Assembly (NCBI GenBank): GCA_963716725.1
Contig: CAVQUB010000002.1
Span: 64,001 to 128,000, forward strand
Source of the DNA: an uncultured delta proteobacterium
GTDB taxonomy: Bacteria; Myxococcota_A; Polyangia; Polyangiales; Polyangiaceae
Length of the DNA stretch: 64,000 nucleotides
Direction of reading: 5' to 3'
Below are positions 1 through 9,381 of this stretch, one piece after another (position 1 is the first letter of the stretch; every line of letters begins with the position of its first letter). Both the position numbers and the translations under genes were made by a program. The notes beneath the pieces were generated by a model, which saw only the letters and a list, made by a program, of their open reading frames with translations, searched no databases and was not told where the DNA came from.

Positions 1-1
1 A

Positions 2-460
2 CGCGATGTCGGAGCGAAACTCGGCCCAGCGACCGGCCGAGAACCGTTGCTTGCAGGTGGCGGCCGTACTGAGCGCAGCCCCGGCCAGCGAGACGCTATC
101 GTCTTCCAAGACCCGCATTCGCCGCTGGGCGACGTGTTCGGCGTCACCGGTCTCCGCGTCGGCCACCGCGGTGCAGGCGTAGAGCTTCTTGTACCCGAGC
201 TCTGGGGCGTACTTGGAACCTACGTAGTAGTGAAAGACGTCCCAGCGGTGAAAGTATCCCGGGTAAGAGTAGTGCGAGAACTGAAAGAAGGCGGCCAACG
301 AGAGCACCGCGAGCGCGCCGGCGAAGCGCTTCTTCGCGCGCTCGCTGAACTGGTGCGGTGATCGCCACTCGCGCCACAGAAACCAGCAGGCGACGACCGT
401 GATCGAGACCTTGATCCACGCGAGGGAACGCTCGCTCGCCAGCTCCTGCAGGTTCACCAT
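2..460 (-). CDS. Membrane protein, 5' part only (runs off window start); possibly GT-C-type glycosyltransferase-like
   Basis: Not in the ORF track; translated by hand from ATG at 460: MVNLQELASERSLAWIKVSITVVACWFLWREW...ALAVLSLAAFFQFSHYSYPGYFHRWDVFHYYVGSKYAPELGYKKLYACTAVAD..., open to the window edge, two hydrophobic segments. Confidence 0.65.
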   Translation of the reverse strand, partial: MVNLQELASERSLAWIKVSITVVACWFLWREWRSPHQFSERAKKRFAGALAVLSLAAFFQFSHYSYPGYFHRWDVFHYYVGSKYAPELGYKKLYACTAVADAETGDAEHVAQRRMRVLEDDSVSLAGAALSTAATCKQRFSAGRWAEFRSDIA

Positions 461-596
461 GCAGCGTCTCGTGTGCGCGCCACCCTAGCGCCAACGGCAG
501 GGCACAAGCACCGGGAGTTTTCGGTGCGACGGCGCCACTCGGGATCAGAAGGTGCCAGCCTCGGTGCGCACGAAACCGGCGCCAAGCGACCAGCGC

Positions 597-635
597 ATTC
601 CCCCCGGCCGAGCGAAGCGAGGGCTTGGGGGGAAT
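597..635. repeat. REP-like intergenic palindrome
   Basis: ATTCCCCCC-GGCC-gagcgaagcgag-GGCT-T-GGGGGGAAT inverted repeat, followed by a GCGA-loop hairpin (ccgcc-gcga-gggcgg). Confidence 0.4.
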
Positions 636-983
636 CGCCCGCCGCGAGGGCGGCGACGGGCCGAGGTCGAGCGTGGTCTCGAAGCGACGCCCCGAGCGCC
701 GGGCGATGGGGGGCAGGTCGAAGCAATGCCGCTCGAGTGCCCCGATCAGAACGAGCCGACCTCTGGCACGCCTGCCCTCGTCCCCGTCTTCGTCGGATCA
801 CATCCGCGCGCGGACCTCTCGACCACGGTCCGTGAACCCCGCGGGTGTCCGGCGTCTGCGCGGCTGGCCTCCAAAGCCCGGGGGCAACCCGGGGTCAGGG
901 GCGCGCCGATCGACGGCCTCCACCCCGCTCGGGGCAATTTGTCCTGGCATCGCGGGAGGTTTCGGACTACTTGGCGCTCCGCC

Positions 984-1124
984 ATGGGAACACCGCAAGA
1001 TCCGCGCGCACGTCGCCGCCAGAAGCAGCGCCGCGCCAAGAACAACGTCGAGTGGGAGCTGAAGCGCGCGGCAGAGAATGCCGAGGCCGCCAAGCCCAAG
1101 GCGCCCGCCAAGAAGACGACCTGA
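984..1124 (+). CDS. Small basic protein, 46 aa
   Basis: MGTPQDPRARRRQKQRRAKNNVEWELKRAAENAEAAKPKAPAKKTT; strong GC3 codon usage; converges on meaB with a 10-bp gap. Confidence 0.6.
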   Translation: MGTPQDPRARRRQKQRRAKNNVEWELKRAAENAEAAKPKAPAKKTT

Positions 1125-1134
1125 GCGTTCTCGG

Positions 1135-2103
1135 TCAGCCCACCTTCGCCGCGGCGTTGCCGAGCGCTTCGATCAGATTCGCACCCCGAGCGAGCTCCTG
1201 CTCAATCGTGCGCTCCAGCGCGCGGAGGCCGCCAGCGCGTTCGATGCCGACCTCGCCGTAGCGCTGGCCGAAGAGGCGCGTCACCCAAGCCACGCTCTTG
1301 CGCAAGCGCCGAGTCGCGAGTTCTCCACTGGAGGCGATGCGCGAGAAGTGGGCGTCCAGCGCGAGACAGAGTTCGTCGATCCCGGCGCCGGTCGTCGCGC
1401 TGGTGGCGAGCAGCGGCGGAGCTTCTCCCTCGACGCCGAGGCGGAGCGCGCTCCCGAGATCGGCGAGCGCGCGTTGGGCCACCGCGCCGAGATCGGCTTT
1501 GTTCACGGCGATCACGTCGGGGATCTCCAAGATCCCCGCTTTGATGAACTGCAAGACGTCGCCCGAGGCGGGCTGAACCACCAGCAGCACGGTGTCGGCA
1601 ACGTGCTCGATGTCGGTCTCGCTTTGTCCGACGCCGACCGTCTCGATCAACACGACATCGTAGACCGCGCTCAGGACCTCGACCGCCGCGCCTGCGGCCC
1701 GCGCAAGACCGCCGAGTTGGCCCCCCGAAGCCATCGAGCGCACAAATACGTCGCGGTCGTCGGGGTCGAGCTCGATCCGCGCGCGGTCTCCGAGCAGAGC
1801 ACCGCCGCTGTGCGGGCTCGACGGATCCACGGCCAAGACGCCGACGGTGCGCCCATTCTGGCGCCAGCGTCGGATCAGCGCCGACACCAGCGAGCTCTTC
1901 CCAACGCCGGGCGGCCCGGTCACGCCCACGCGCTGACAGGTCTTGCCCCGTCCGCGTGACGCGAGCGCCCCGAGGAGCGCGGCCGCAGGGCCCGCGGCTT
2001 CGGCGCGACGGTCCTCGACCATGGAGATCGCCCGCGCGACGCTGGCGGGGTCCCGCGCGAGCGCGCCCAGCGCGAGCGCCTCCGGCTCGAGTGGCGTCGT
2101 CAC
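1135..2103 (-). CDS. meaB: Acyl-CoA mutase-associated G3E GTPase (MeaB/ArgK family)
   Basis: GVTGPPGVGKSS P-loop, AVDPSSPHSGGALLGDRAR, IETVGVGQSE, VNKAD; GTG at 2103 overlaps the mutase stop (GTGA). Confidence 0.93.
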   Translation of the reverse strand: MTTPLEPEALALGALARDPASVARAISMVEDRRAEAAGPAAALLGALASRGRGKTCQRVGVTGPPGVGKSSLVSALIRRWRQNGRTVGVLAVDPSSPHSGGALLGDRARIELDPDDRDVFVRSMASGGQLGGLARAAGAAVEVLSAVYDVVLIETVGVGQSETDIEHVADTVLLVVQPASGDVLQFIKAGILEIPDVIAVNKADLGAVAQRALADLGSALRLGVEGEAPPLLATSATTGAGIDELCLALDAHFSRIASSGELATRRLRKSVAWVTRLFGQRYGEVGIERAGGLRALERTIEQELARGANLIEALGNAAAKVG

Positions 2104-4064
2104 GTCGCGGCTCGCTGCACGATCTCGACCAGGTCCTCCAGGATCCGGGCGATGGCGAAGTCCTTCGGTGTGTAGACCGCCGCCACTCCGGCGCTCCGCA
2201 GCAGTTCGCGGTCCTGCTCCGGGATGATCCCGCCGACGACCACCGGGGCCTTCACGCCGCGCGCCGCGAGCTCCGAGAGCACCTCGCGCGTGAGCTCGAC
2301 GTGGGCCCCGGACAGGATGCTGAGACCAACCACGTGCACGCCCTCGTCCGCCGCCGCCCGGGCGATCTCCCGGGGGGTCACGCGGATGCCTTCGTAGACG
2401 ACCTCGAAGCCCGCATCCCGCGCGCGCAGCGCGATCTGCTCGGCGCCGTTCGAGTGACCGTCGAGCCCGGGCTTGCCCACCAGGATCTTGGGGCGGCGCC
2501 CGATCCGGCGCTCCAGCTCGGCGACGCGCTCGCGCAATGAATCGTAGGCGCCGGACAGCTCCGGCACCCGCGCTCCGCCGACCCCGGTCGGCGCTCGGTA
2601 CTCGCCGAAGACGTCGCGCAAGGCGCCGGCCCACTCCCCCGTCGTCACCCGGGCGCGGGCGGCCGCGATGGAGACGGGTACCAGATTGTCATCTCCGCGA
2701 GCTGCCGCGCGCACCGCGTCGAGCGCGCGCGCCACACCGTCTGCGTCTCGCGCCCGACGCCAGGCCTCGAGGCGCTGCACTTGGTCGCTCTCGGCCGCCG
2801 GGTCGACGCGCAAGATAGCGTCGTCTCCGCCAGCGGTCAGCTCGCTCGCAACGGTCTCGGTGAAACGGTTCACACCCACCACGGTCTGCTCCCCGCTCTC
2901 GATGGCCGCGAGCCGTCGGGCGTTGGCTGTCACCAAACGCTCCTTGATGTATCCGCTCTCGACGGCGGATACGGCCCCGCCGCGCTCGAGCACGGCCTCG
3001 ACCTCGGCCCACGCCGCGTCGGTGATCTCCCGGGTCTTCTTCTCGATCACCGGCGAGCCCGCGAAGATGTCACCGTATTCGAGCAGATCGGTCTCGTAGG
3101 CGAGCAGTTGCTGCGTGCGCAGCGAGAGCTGTTGATCCCAGGGGCGCGGCAGCCCCAGCGCCTCGTTCCACGCGGGCAGCTGGATGGCCCGAGCGCGCGC
3201 GTTCTTTCCCAGCGTCACTCCCAGCATCTCGAAGGCAATTCGCACCAGGTTGTTCTCCGGCTGAGCCTCCGTCAGCCCGAGCGAGTTCACCTGCACGCCG
3301 TAGCGAAATCGGCGGAGCTTGGCGTCGGAGACCCCGTAGCGTTCGGCGCCGATCCGGTCCCAGAGGGCGCCAAAGGCTCGCAGCTTGCACGCCTCTTCGA
3401 CGAACCTCATGCCCGCGTTCACGAAGAACGACAGCCGCCCGAACACCCGCGCCAGGGCCTCGCCAGAGACGCCACGAGCGCGCACCTCGTCGAGCACGGC
3501 GATGGCGGTCACCAGCGAGTAGGCGATCTCTTGCTCCGGCGTCGCACCGGCCTCCTGCAGGTGGTAGCTCGAGATGTTGATGGGGTTGAAGTCGGGGACC
3601 TGCTCCACCGCATAGAGAACGGTGTCGACGGTCAGCCGCAGGCTGGGCCCGGGCGCAAATACGTAGGTGCCGCGCGACAGGTACTCTTTGACGATGTCGT
3701 TTTGCGTCGTCCCGCGCAGCACTCGCGGTGCCACGCCCTGCTGCTCAGCGACCGCTACGTACAGAGCGAGCAGCCAGACGGCCGTCGCGTTGATGGTCAT
3801 CGAGGTGTTCATGCGCCCGAGATCGATGCCGTCGAAGAGAGCGGCGAGATCACCGACGTGACCGATGGGGACTCCGGTGCGCCCCACTTCGCCGCGCGCC
3901 AGCGGGTGATCGGCGTCGTAGCCGGTCTGCGTGGGCAGATCGAAGGCCACGCTGAGGCCGGTCTGCCCACGCGCCAAGTTCTCCCGATACAGCTGGTTCG
4001 ACGCCTGGGGCGTCGAGTGCCCGGAGTACGTGCGCATGATCCACGGGGGGTCCTTGGCTGACAT
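2100..4064 (-). CDS. ecm: Ethylmalonyl-CoA mutase (MeaA/Ecm), B12-dependent
   Basis: PWIMRTYSGHS, GLSVAFDLPTQTGYD, YHLQEAGATP, YGVQVNSLGLTEAQPENN; B12-binding domain KPGLDGHSNG; short N-terminus typical of Ecm; clustered with ccr, mcd and mch. Confidence 0.9.
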   Translation of the reverse strand: MSAKDPPWIMRTYSGHSTPQASNQLYRENLARGQTGLSVAFDLPTQTGYDADHPLARGEVGRTGVPIGHVGDLAALFDGIDLGRMNTSMTINATAVWLLALYVAVAEQQGVAPRVLRGTTQNDIVKEYLSRGTYVFAPGPSLRLTVDTVLYAVEQVPDFNPINISSYHLQEAGATPEQEIAYSLVTAIAVLDEVRARGVSGEALARVFGRLSFFVNAGMRFVEEACKLRAFGALWDRIGAERYGVSDAKLRRFRYGVQVNSLGLTEAQPENNLVRIAFEMLGVTLGKNARARAIQLPAWNEALGLPRPWDQQLSLRTQQLLAYETDLLEYGDIFAGSPVIEKKTREITDAAWAEVEAVLERGGAVSAVESGYIKERLVTANARRLAAIESGEQTVVGVNRFTETVASELTAGGDDAILRVDPAAESDQVQRLEAWRRARDADGVARALDAVRAAARGDDNLVPVSIAAARARVTTGEWAGALRDVFGEYRAPTGVGGARVPELSGAYDSLRERVAELERRIGRRPKILVGKPGLDGHSNGAEQIALRARDAGFEVVYEGIRVTPREIARAAADEGVHVVGLSILSGAHVELTREVLSELAARGVKAPVVVGGIIPEQDRELLRSAGVAAVYTPKDFAIARILEDLVEIVQRAAT

Positions 4065-4137
4065 CTCGCTGCAATCCTTCCGCCGTGCGGCCGCCGGAGC
4101 AAGGCGGATTGGGCGATTGGTGCTAGGTTCGTGCGGC

Positions 4138-4926
4138 GTGAGCAGCGGACCCTATCGCAGCGGGAGGCCGGGACCGGCGTCGCGGGGACCCGCCGGGGGC
4201 AAGCTCGAGTGTCCCGGGTGCGCCGCCCAAGTCGACGACTCGGTGCGGGCCTGCTCGGGCTGCGGCACTCCCATCGCCACGGTTCGCTGCGCGACCTGCT
4301 ACCAGATGAACTCGCCGACCTGCGCCCTGTGCACCGGCTGCGGGCACGAACTCGGACTCGAGCCCGTGGGCGAACCGGACACCTATTCGTGCCCCGATTG
4401 CCGCGTCCCCTTCCAGATCTTTCGCGGCGGACCGGGCGCGCTGCACGACTGCGAGCGCTGCGGGGGTCAGTTCGTCGACCACGCTTTGCTGAAGGATCTG
4501 TTGGAGCAACGCGAGCTCTACGGCCGCGCCGCACCGCGACCCCCTCCGCGTCACAACCCGCTCACCTCACCCATGCGCTACGTGCCTTGCCCGCTCTGCG
4601 CAGAGATCATGCTGCGCAAGAATTTCGGGCGTTCGAGCGGGGTCATCGTCGACGTCTGCTCCCGCGATGGTCTCTGGTTCGATCGCGGCGAGCTGCCGCG
4701 GGTGCTCGAGTTCGTGGAGGCGGGGGGGCTCGAGCTCGCGCGACGGCGAGAGCTCGACGAGGAACGCGACAGCCAGCGTCACCAGCGAGTGCGCCAGGTG
4801 GAGCGCTCGCTCGAGGGTCTCAGCACTCCGGCTTCGTCGAACCCCTTCGACCGGATGCGTCGGAACGTGGAATTCGCCGACGCGACGCTCTCCTTGGTCG
4901 GCTATCTGGGCGGTCTCTTGAAATAG
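4138..4926 (+). CDS. Multi-zinc-ribbon protein (double zinc ribbon plus two zf-TFIIB-like modules)
   Basis: CPGC, CSGC, CATC, CALCTGC, CPDC, CERCGG, CPLC, and VDVCSRDGLWFDRGEL; GTG start at 4138 inferred. Confidence 0.75.
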   Translation: MSSGPYRSGRPGPASRGPAGGKLECPGCAAQVDDSVRACSGCGTPIATVRCATCYQMNSPTCALCTGCGHELGLEPVGEPDTYSCPDCRVPFQIFRGGPGALHDCERCGGQFVDHALLKDLLEQRELYGRAAPRPPPRHNPLTSPMRYVPCPLCAEIMLRKNFGRSSGVIVDVCSRDGLWFDRGELPRVLEFVEAGGLELARRRELDEERDSQRHQRVRQVERSLEGLSTPASSNPFDRMRRNVEFADATLSLVGYLGGLLK

Positions 4927-5004
4927 ACGGCCTCGGGCAGCTTTCTCGGCGTCTGGGGCCTCGACACCCGAGGCCGGCATGGCCAAGATCCCCCAGTCTG
5001 CTGC

Positions 5005-5352
5005 ATGACCACCCGAGGCTCGAATCCGAACCCCGATCACGACGGGGACGTGGCCGTCCAAGAGAAGCGGACCACACGGCGCGCGCGTCCCTACAACGTC
5101 GTCTTCCACAACGACGACTACACGACGATGGAGTTCGTGATCCACGTCTTGATGCATTTCTTCCACAAGTCGGAAACCGAGGCGACGCAGATCATGTTGG
5201 AGATTCACCACCGAGGCTTCGGCGTGGTCGGCGTGTTCACGCGGGACATCGCCGAAACCAAGGCCGAGCAGGTCATGGACCTGGCCAAGGAACACGGACA
5301 CCCCCTGCGGGCGACCGCCGAGCCCGCCGACGACCCCGAGGAGGATCAGTGA
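5005..5352 (+). CDS. clpS: Clp protease adaptor ClpS
   Basis: YNVVFHNDDYTTMEFV, IMLEIHHRG, DIAETK, GHPL; overlaps the clpA start. Confidence 0.96.
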   Translation: MTTRGSNPNPDHDGDVAVQEKRTTRRARPYNVVFHNDDYTTMEFVIHVLMHFFHKSETEATQIMLEIHHRGFGVVGVFTRDIAETKAEQVMDLAKEHGHPLRATAEPADDPEEDQ

Positions 5353-7637
5353 AGGTCAGCCCGGAAGTGGAGATCGCGTGCACGCTCGCCCTGCGCGAGG
5401 CGGCGCGGCGCAACCACGAGATCATGACGGTCGAGCACCTGCTGTACGCGCTGCTCTTCGACGAAGCGACGGCAAGCGTCGTGAGGAACTCGGGCGGCGA
5501 CGTCTCCGAGATCAAGAAGTCCCTCGAGCGGATCCTCGACGAGGAGATCGCCGCGGCGCCGGAGGGCGCCGAAGGCACGCCGACGCCGTCGCGGGGGTTC
5601 CAGCGCGTCTTGCAGCGCGCGGCCATCCACGTCGAGTCCAGCGGCAAAGAAGAACTCCGGGGCCAGAACCTGCTGGTGGCGATCTTCGCCGAGGTGGACT
5701 CACCCGCGGTCGCGGTGCTGACCGAGCACGGCGTCACCCGCTACGACGTCATCAGCTACATCTCCCACGGAGTGCCCAAGGACGCGGACGACGATCCCGA
5801 CTTGACCACCGCCGGCGGGGATCCGGCGTCCGAGCACGACCACGACCACGACCACGACGACGAGAGCTCCCGTGGCGGCAACGCCCTGGAGAAGTTCGCG
5901 ATCAACCTCAACGAGCGCGCCAAGGCCGGCGACATCGAGCCCCTGGTGGGGCGGGAGCGCGAGCTGCGGCGCGCCATCCAGATCTTGGCGCGTCGCAAGA
6001 AGAACAACCCCCTCTTCGTGGGCGACGCCGGCGTGGGCAAGACGGCCATCGTCGAAGGCCTCGCGGCCAAGGTCGTGGCGGAAGACGTGCCCCAGCCGCT
6101 GCGCGGATGCGAGATCTTCGCTCTCGACATGGGCGCGCTGGTGGCCGGCACGAAGTTCCGAGGCGACTTCGAGAACCGGGTCAAGGCCGTGCTGAAGCAG
6201 CTCGAGAAACGCCCCGGCGCGATCCTCTTTGTCGACGAGATCCACACCGTGATCGGCGCCGGCTCCGCCAGCGGCGGCACCTTGGACGCCGCCAACCTGC
6301 TCAAGCCGGCCCTGTCGAGCGGCAAGCTGCGCTGCATCGGCGCCACGACCTTCGAGGAGTACCGTGGTCACTTCGAGCGGGACCGCGCCCTCGCGCGCCG
6401 CTTCCAAAAGATTGAAGTGCTCGAGCCGACCACGGCAGAGACCCGGCTCATCTTGGAGGGACTCCGCCCCCGCTACGAAGAGTTCCACGGCGTGAGCTAC
6501 GTCGCCGAGGGCCTGGACGCCGCGGTCAAACTCTCGGAGCGCTATCTGCACGACCGCAAGCTGCCCGACAAAGCCATCGATCTCTTGGACGAAGCCGGCG
6601 CTGACGCCAAGCTCGAGGAGGGCGAGGGCGCGAGCGTCGGCGTCGATCGCATGGAGGCGGTGGTGGCGCGCATGGCGCAGATCCCGCCGCGGCAGGTGTC
6701 GAGCAGCGACAAGAGCGCTCTCAAGAACCTGGAAGCCGACCTGCGCCAGGTCGTGTTCGGGCAGGACCAAGCGCTGGCCGAGCTCAGCACCGCGATCAAG
6801 CTGTCGCGGGCCGGCCTCCGACCCGCCGACAAACCCATCGGCTGCTACCTCTTCACGGGCCCGACCGGCGTGGGCAAGACCGAAGCGGCCAAGCAGCTGG
6901 CCAAGACCATGGGCATCGAGCTCGTGCGCATCGACATGAGCGAGTACCAAGAGCGACACACGGTCTCGCGGCTGATCGGCGCTCCGCCGGGCTACGTGGG
7001 CTTCGATCGCGGCGGGCTCCTCACCGAGGCCATCGCGAAGACGCCTCACGCGGTGCTCCTGCTCGACGAAATCGAGAAGGCCCACCCCGACGTCTTCAAC
7101 GTGCTCTTGCAGGTCATGGATCACGGAACGCTCACTGACAACAACGGCAAGAAGACCGACTTCCGCCACGTCGTCGTGATCATGACGAGCAACGTCGGCG
7201 CCTCGGATCTGGCACGCGCCCGGGTGGGCTTCGGCGATCGCAGCAGCTCGGGCATGGACGACGTCGCCTTCAAGAACGCCTTCAGCCCGGAGTTCCGCAA
7301 CCGGCTCGACGCGCGCATCGGCTTCGCGCCGCTCTCGCCGCAGGTCATGGGACAGGTCGTCGACAAGTTCATCGGCGAGCTGGGGGCTCAGCTCGCCGAG
7401 CGCAGCGTGACCGTCGAGCTCGAGGGTTCTGCTCGGGAGTACCTGGCCGAGAAGGGCTACGACAAACAGATGGGCGCACGCCCCCTGAGCCGCCTGATCC
7501 AGGACGAGGTGAAGCGCCCGCTGGGCGACGAGCTGCTCTTCGGCGCCCTCGAGTCCGGAGGGCACGTGGTCATCGGCACCCGCGATGGAAAAATCGCGTT
7601 CGACTGTACGGCCACCCCGAAGGCGACGACGCCCTGA
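5349..7637 (+). CDS. clpA: ATP-dependent Clp protease ATP-binding subunit ClpA
   Basis: Clp-N domain (HEIMTVEHLL), two AAA+ modules (GDAGVGKT, GPTGVGKT), RLIGAPPGYVG, no middle coiled coil; GTGA coupling to clpS. Confidence 0.95.
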   Translation: MKVSPEVEIACTLALREAARRNHEIMTVEHLLYALLFDEATASVVRNSGGDVSEIKKSLERILDEEIAAAPEGAEGTPTPSRGFQRVLQRAAIHVESSGKEELRGQNLLVAIFAEVDSPAVAVLTEHGVTRYDVISYISHGVPKDADDDPDLTTAGGDPASEHDHDHDHDDESSRGGNALEKFAINLNERAKAGDIEPLVGRERELRRAIQILARRKKNNPLFVGDAGVGKTAIVEGLAAKVVAEDVPQPLRGCEIFALDMGALVAGTKFRGDFENRVKAVLKQLEKRPGAILFVDEIHTVIGAGSASGGTLDAANLLKPALSSGKLRCIGATTFEEYRGHFERDRALARRFQKIEVLEPTTAETRLILEGLRPRYEEFHGVSYVAEGLDAAVKLSERYLHDRKLPDKAIDLLDEAGADAKLEEGEGASVGVDRMEAVVARMAQIPPRQVSSSDKSALKNLEADLRQVVFGQDQALAELSTAIKLSRAGLRPADKPIGCYLFTGPTGVGKTEAAKQLAKTMGIELVRIDMSEYQERHTVSRLIGAPPGYVGFDRGGLLTEAIAKTPHAVLLLDEIEKAHPDVFNVLLQVMDHGTLTDNNGKKTDFRHVVVIMTSNVGASDLARARVGFGDRSSSGMDDVAFKNAFSPEFRNRLDARIGFAPLSPQVMGQVVDKFIGELGAQLAERSVTVELEGSAREYLAEKGYDKQMGARPLSRLIQDEVKRPLGDELLFGALESGGHVVIGTRDGKIAFDCTATPKATTP

Positions 7638-7739
7638 GTTGACTCGGGTCCGTCAACGGGCTGCGACAGTGTTGCCTGTGCCACCACAGGTCGCCGCTGG
7701 CACAGTGGGTTTTTCCCGGGATGGCCCGACCGTCCCGGA

Positions 7740-7755
7740 CGGCACACGGCTTGCT
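7740..7755 (+). promoter_or_regulatory. Putative sigma54 (-24/-12) promoter
   Basis: cGGCACacggcTTGCt with exact GG-N10-GC spacing (GG 7741-42, GC 7753-54); CTGTGCCA-N14-TGGCACAG inverted repeat upstream at about 7676-7705. Confidence 0.5.
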
Positions 7756-7767
7756 AAGTCGCCGGGC

Positions 7768-7908
7768 ATGTTGCCCGTTGCCCCCAAGAAGATCCTCCGC
7801 GACGCACTCATCGGCTTCGGCATTGGCCTGATCGCCATGGTGGGAATCAGCTATGGCGCAGGAGCCCTCGTGGGCTCGCCCCCGGCGGCGGCGACGTCAG
7901 CGCAGTAA
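7768..7908 (+). CDS. Small single-pass membrane protein, 46 aa
   Basis: MLPVAPKKILRDALIGFGIGLIAMVGISYGAGALVGSPPAAATSAQ: basic N-terminus followed by one hydrophobic helix. Confidence 0.5.
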   Translation: MLPVAPKKILRDALIGFGIGLIAMVGISYGAGALVGSPPAAATSAQ

Positions 7909-8016
7909 CGCCCGCGTTAGGATCTCGCTCGCGAGTGCGCCCATGTGCGCCTCCGCCCCACACGCGGGCGACCTCGTGAAGGCCCTTCCGACGTCCAGCT
8001 CGCCGGCCGCTTCGCT

Positions 8017-9270
8017 TCAGCGCGACTCTGCCAGGTTCTTGAGGCCGCGCCGCTTGGCGTTCACCAAGATCGCCATGTTGCCGTTGGGGTGCCGGTTCTC
8101 GCGCATCAGCTGGTGACAGGCGCCCGTCTCATTGAACTCGAAGGTGCGTGAGAGGCAGGGGTCGACCTTCTCGGCGATGACCAGATCGTTGACGCCCTTG
8201 GCCTGGTCGTCGTTGGCGAAATGGGATCCCTGGAAGCGCTTCTGGCGCATCCAGTGGTAGCGGAGGTCGAGGGTGGCGTTGTAGCCGGTGGTGCCCGCGC
8301 AGATCACCACCATGCCGCCGGTCTCGCACATGAAGCCGCTGGTCGGAACGGTGGCCTCGCCAGGATGCTCGAACACGATGCTCGGGTTCTGCTTGTCGCC
8401 GAGCGCGTCCCAGAAGGCGCGGCCGAAGGCCCGAGCTTGCGCGAGCCACTCGGCGTAACCCGCGTCGTCGGTCCAGTGCGGGAGCATGCCCCAGTGGTGG
8501 AAGCTCTTGCGGTTGATGCAGCCAGCAGCACCCAGCTGTTTGCAGTAGTCGAACTTGCTCTCGTTGTTCGCCACCGCGACGGCCCGACCGCCCGCGGCCT
8601 TCACCAGCTGAATTGCCATGGAGCCGAGCCCGCCGGCCCCGCCCCAGACCAAGACCGGATCGCCTTCTTGCACGACGTTGGGCGCCCAGCCGAAGAGCAT
8701 GCGATACGCCGTCGCGCCCACCAGCATGTAGGCCGCGGCCTGCTCCCAACTCAGATGTGCCGGTTTGGGCAGGCACTGGTGATCTTGCACCTTGGTGAAC
8801 TGGGCGAAGCTGCCCCAGTTGGTCTCGTAGCCCCAGATCTTCTGCGAGGACGCCAGCATCGGATCCTTCCCCGCGACCACATGCGGGTCGTTCGGATCCC
8901 AGTGTCCGCAGTGCGTGACGACTTCGTCACCAACTTTCACGTTGGTGACCTCGGCGCCGACCTTCCACACGATGCCGCTGGCGTCGGAGCCGCCAATGTG
9001 AAAGTTCTCCTTTTCTCCGCCCTTCTGGCGGATCTTGATCACGTCGATGGGCACGCCCAGCGCTGCCCAAACGTTGTTGTAGTTCACCCCCGCCGCCATC
9101 ACGTACACGAGTACGTCGCGCGGCCCGAGCTCCGGCACCGACACTTGCTCGACGCGAAAGGCGTCCTTGGGTTCGCCGAAGCGCTCGGGTCGGATCAGCT
9201 GCGCGTGCATCTGCTCGGGAACGACGCCGACATCGGGGATCTCGGTGAGCTCACAAATCTGCTTGGCCAT
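8017..9270 (-). CDS. ccr: Crotonyl-CoA carboxylase/reductase
   Basis: [72 protein letters not shown]; start MAKQ at 9270. Confidence 0.95.
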   Translation of the reverse strand: MAKQICELTEIPDVGVVPEQMHAQLIRPERFGEPKDAFRVEQVSVPELGPRDVLVYVMAAGVNYNNVWAALGVPIDVIKIRQKGGEKENFHIGGSDASGIVWKVGAEVTNVKVGDEVVTHCGHWDPNDPHVVAGKDPMLASSQKIWGYETNWGSFAQFTKVQDHQCLPKPAHLSWEQAAAYMLVGATAYRMLFGWAPNVVQEGDPVLVWGGAGGLGSMAIQLVKAAGGRAVAVANNESKFDYCKQLGAAGCINRKSFHHWGMLPHWTDDAGYAEWLAQARAFGRAFWDALGDKQNPSIVFEHPGEATVPTSGFMCETGGMVVICAGTTGYNATLDLRYHWMRQKRFQGSHFANDDQAKGVNDLVIAEKVDPCLSRTFEFNETGACHQLMRENRHPNGNMAILVNAKRRGLKNLAESR

Positions 9271-9381
9271 GGCGCGCTCGGAGTCTATGACACGACGCGG
9301 CAACCACCTAACCTTCTTGGCGAATGCGCAGGAATTTCGTGGCTTGCCGCCCGCGGTGTCGCGTTGCAAAAGGGACGAGCC

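Noticed and set aside
461..983. Cobalamin riboswitch or other ncRNA near the B12-dependent mutase
   Set aside because: No recognisable B12-box, and the region is downstream of the mutase operon
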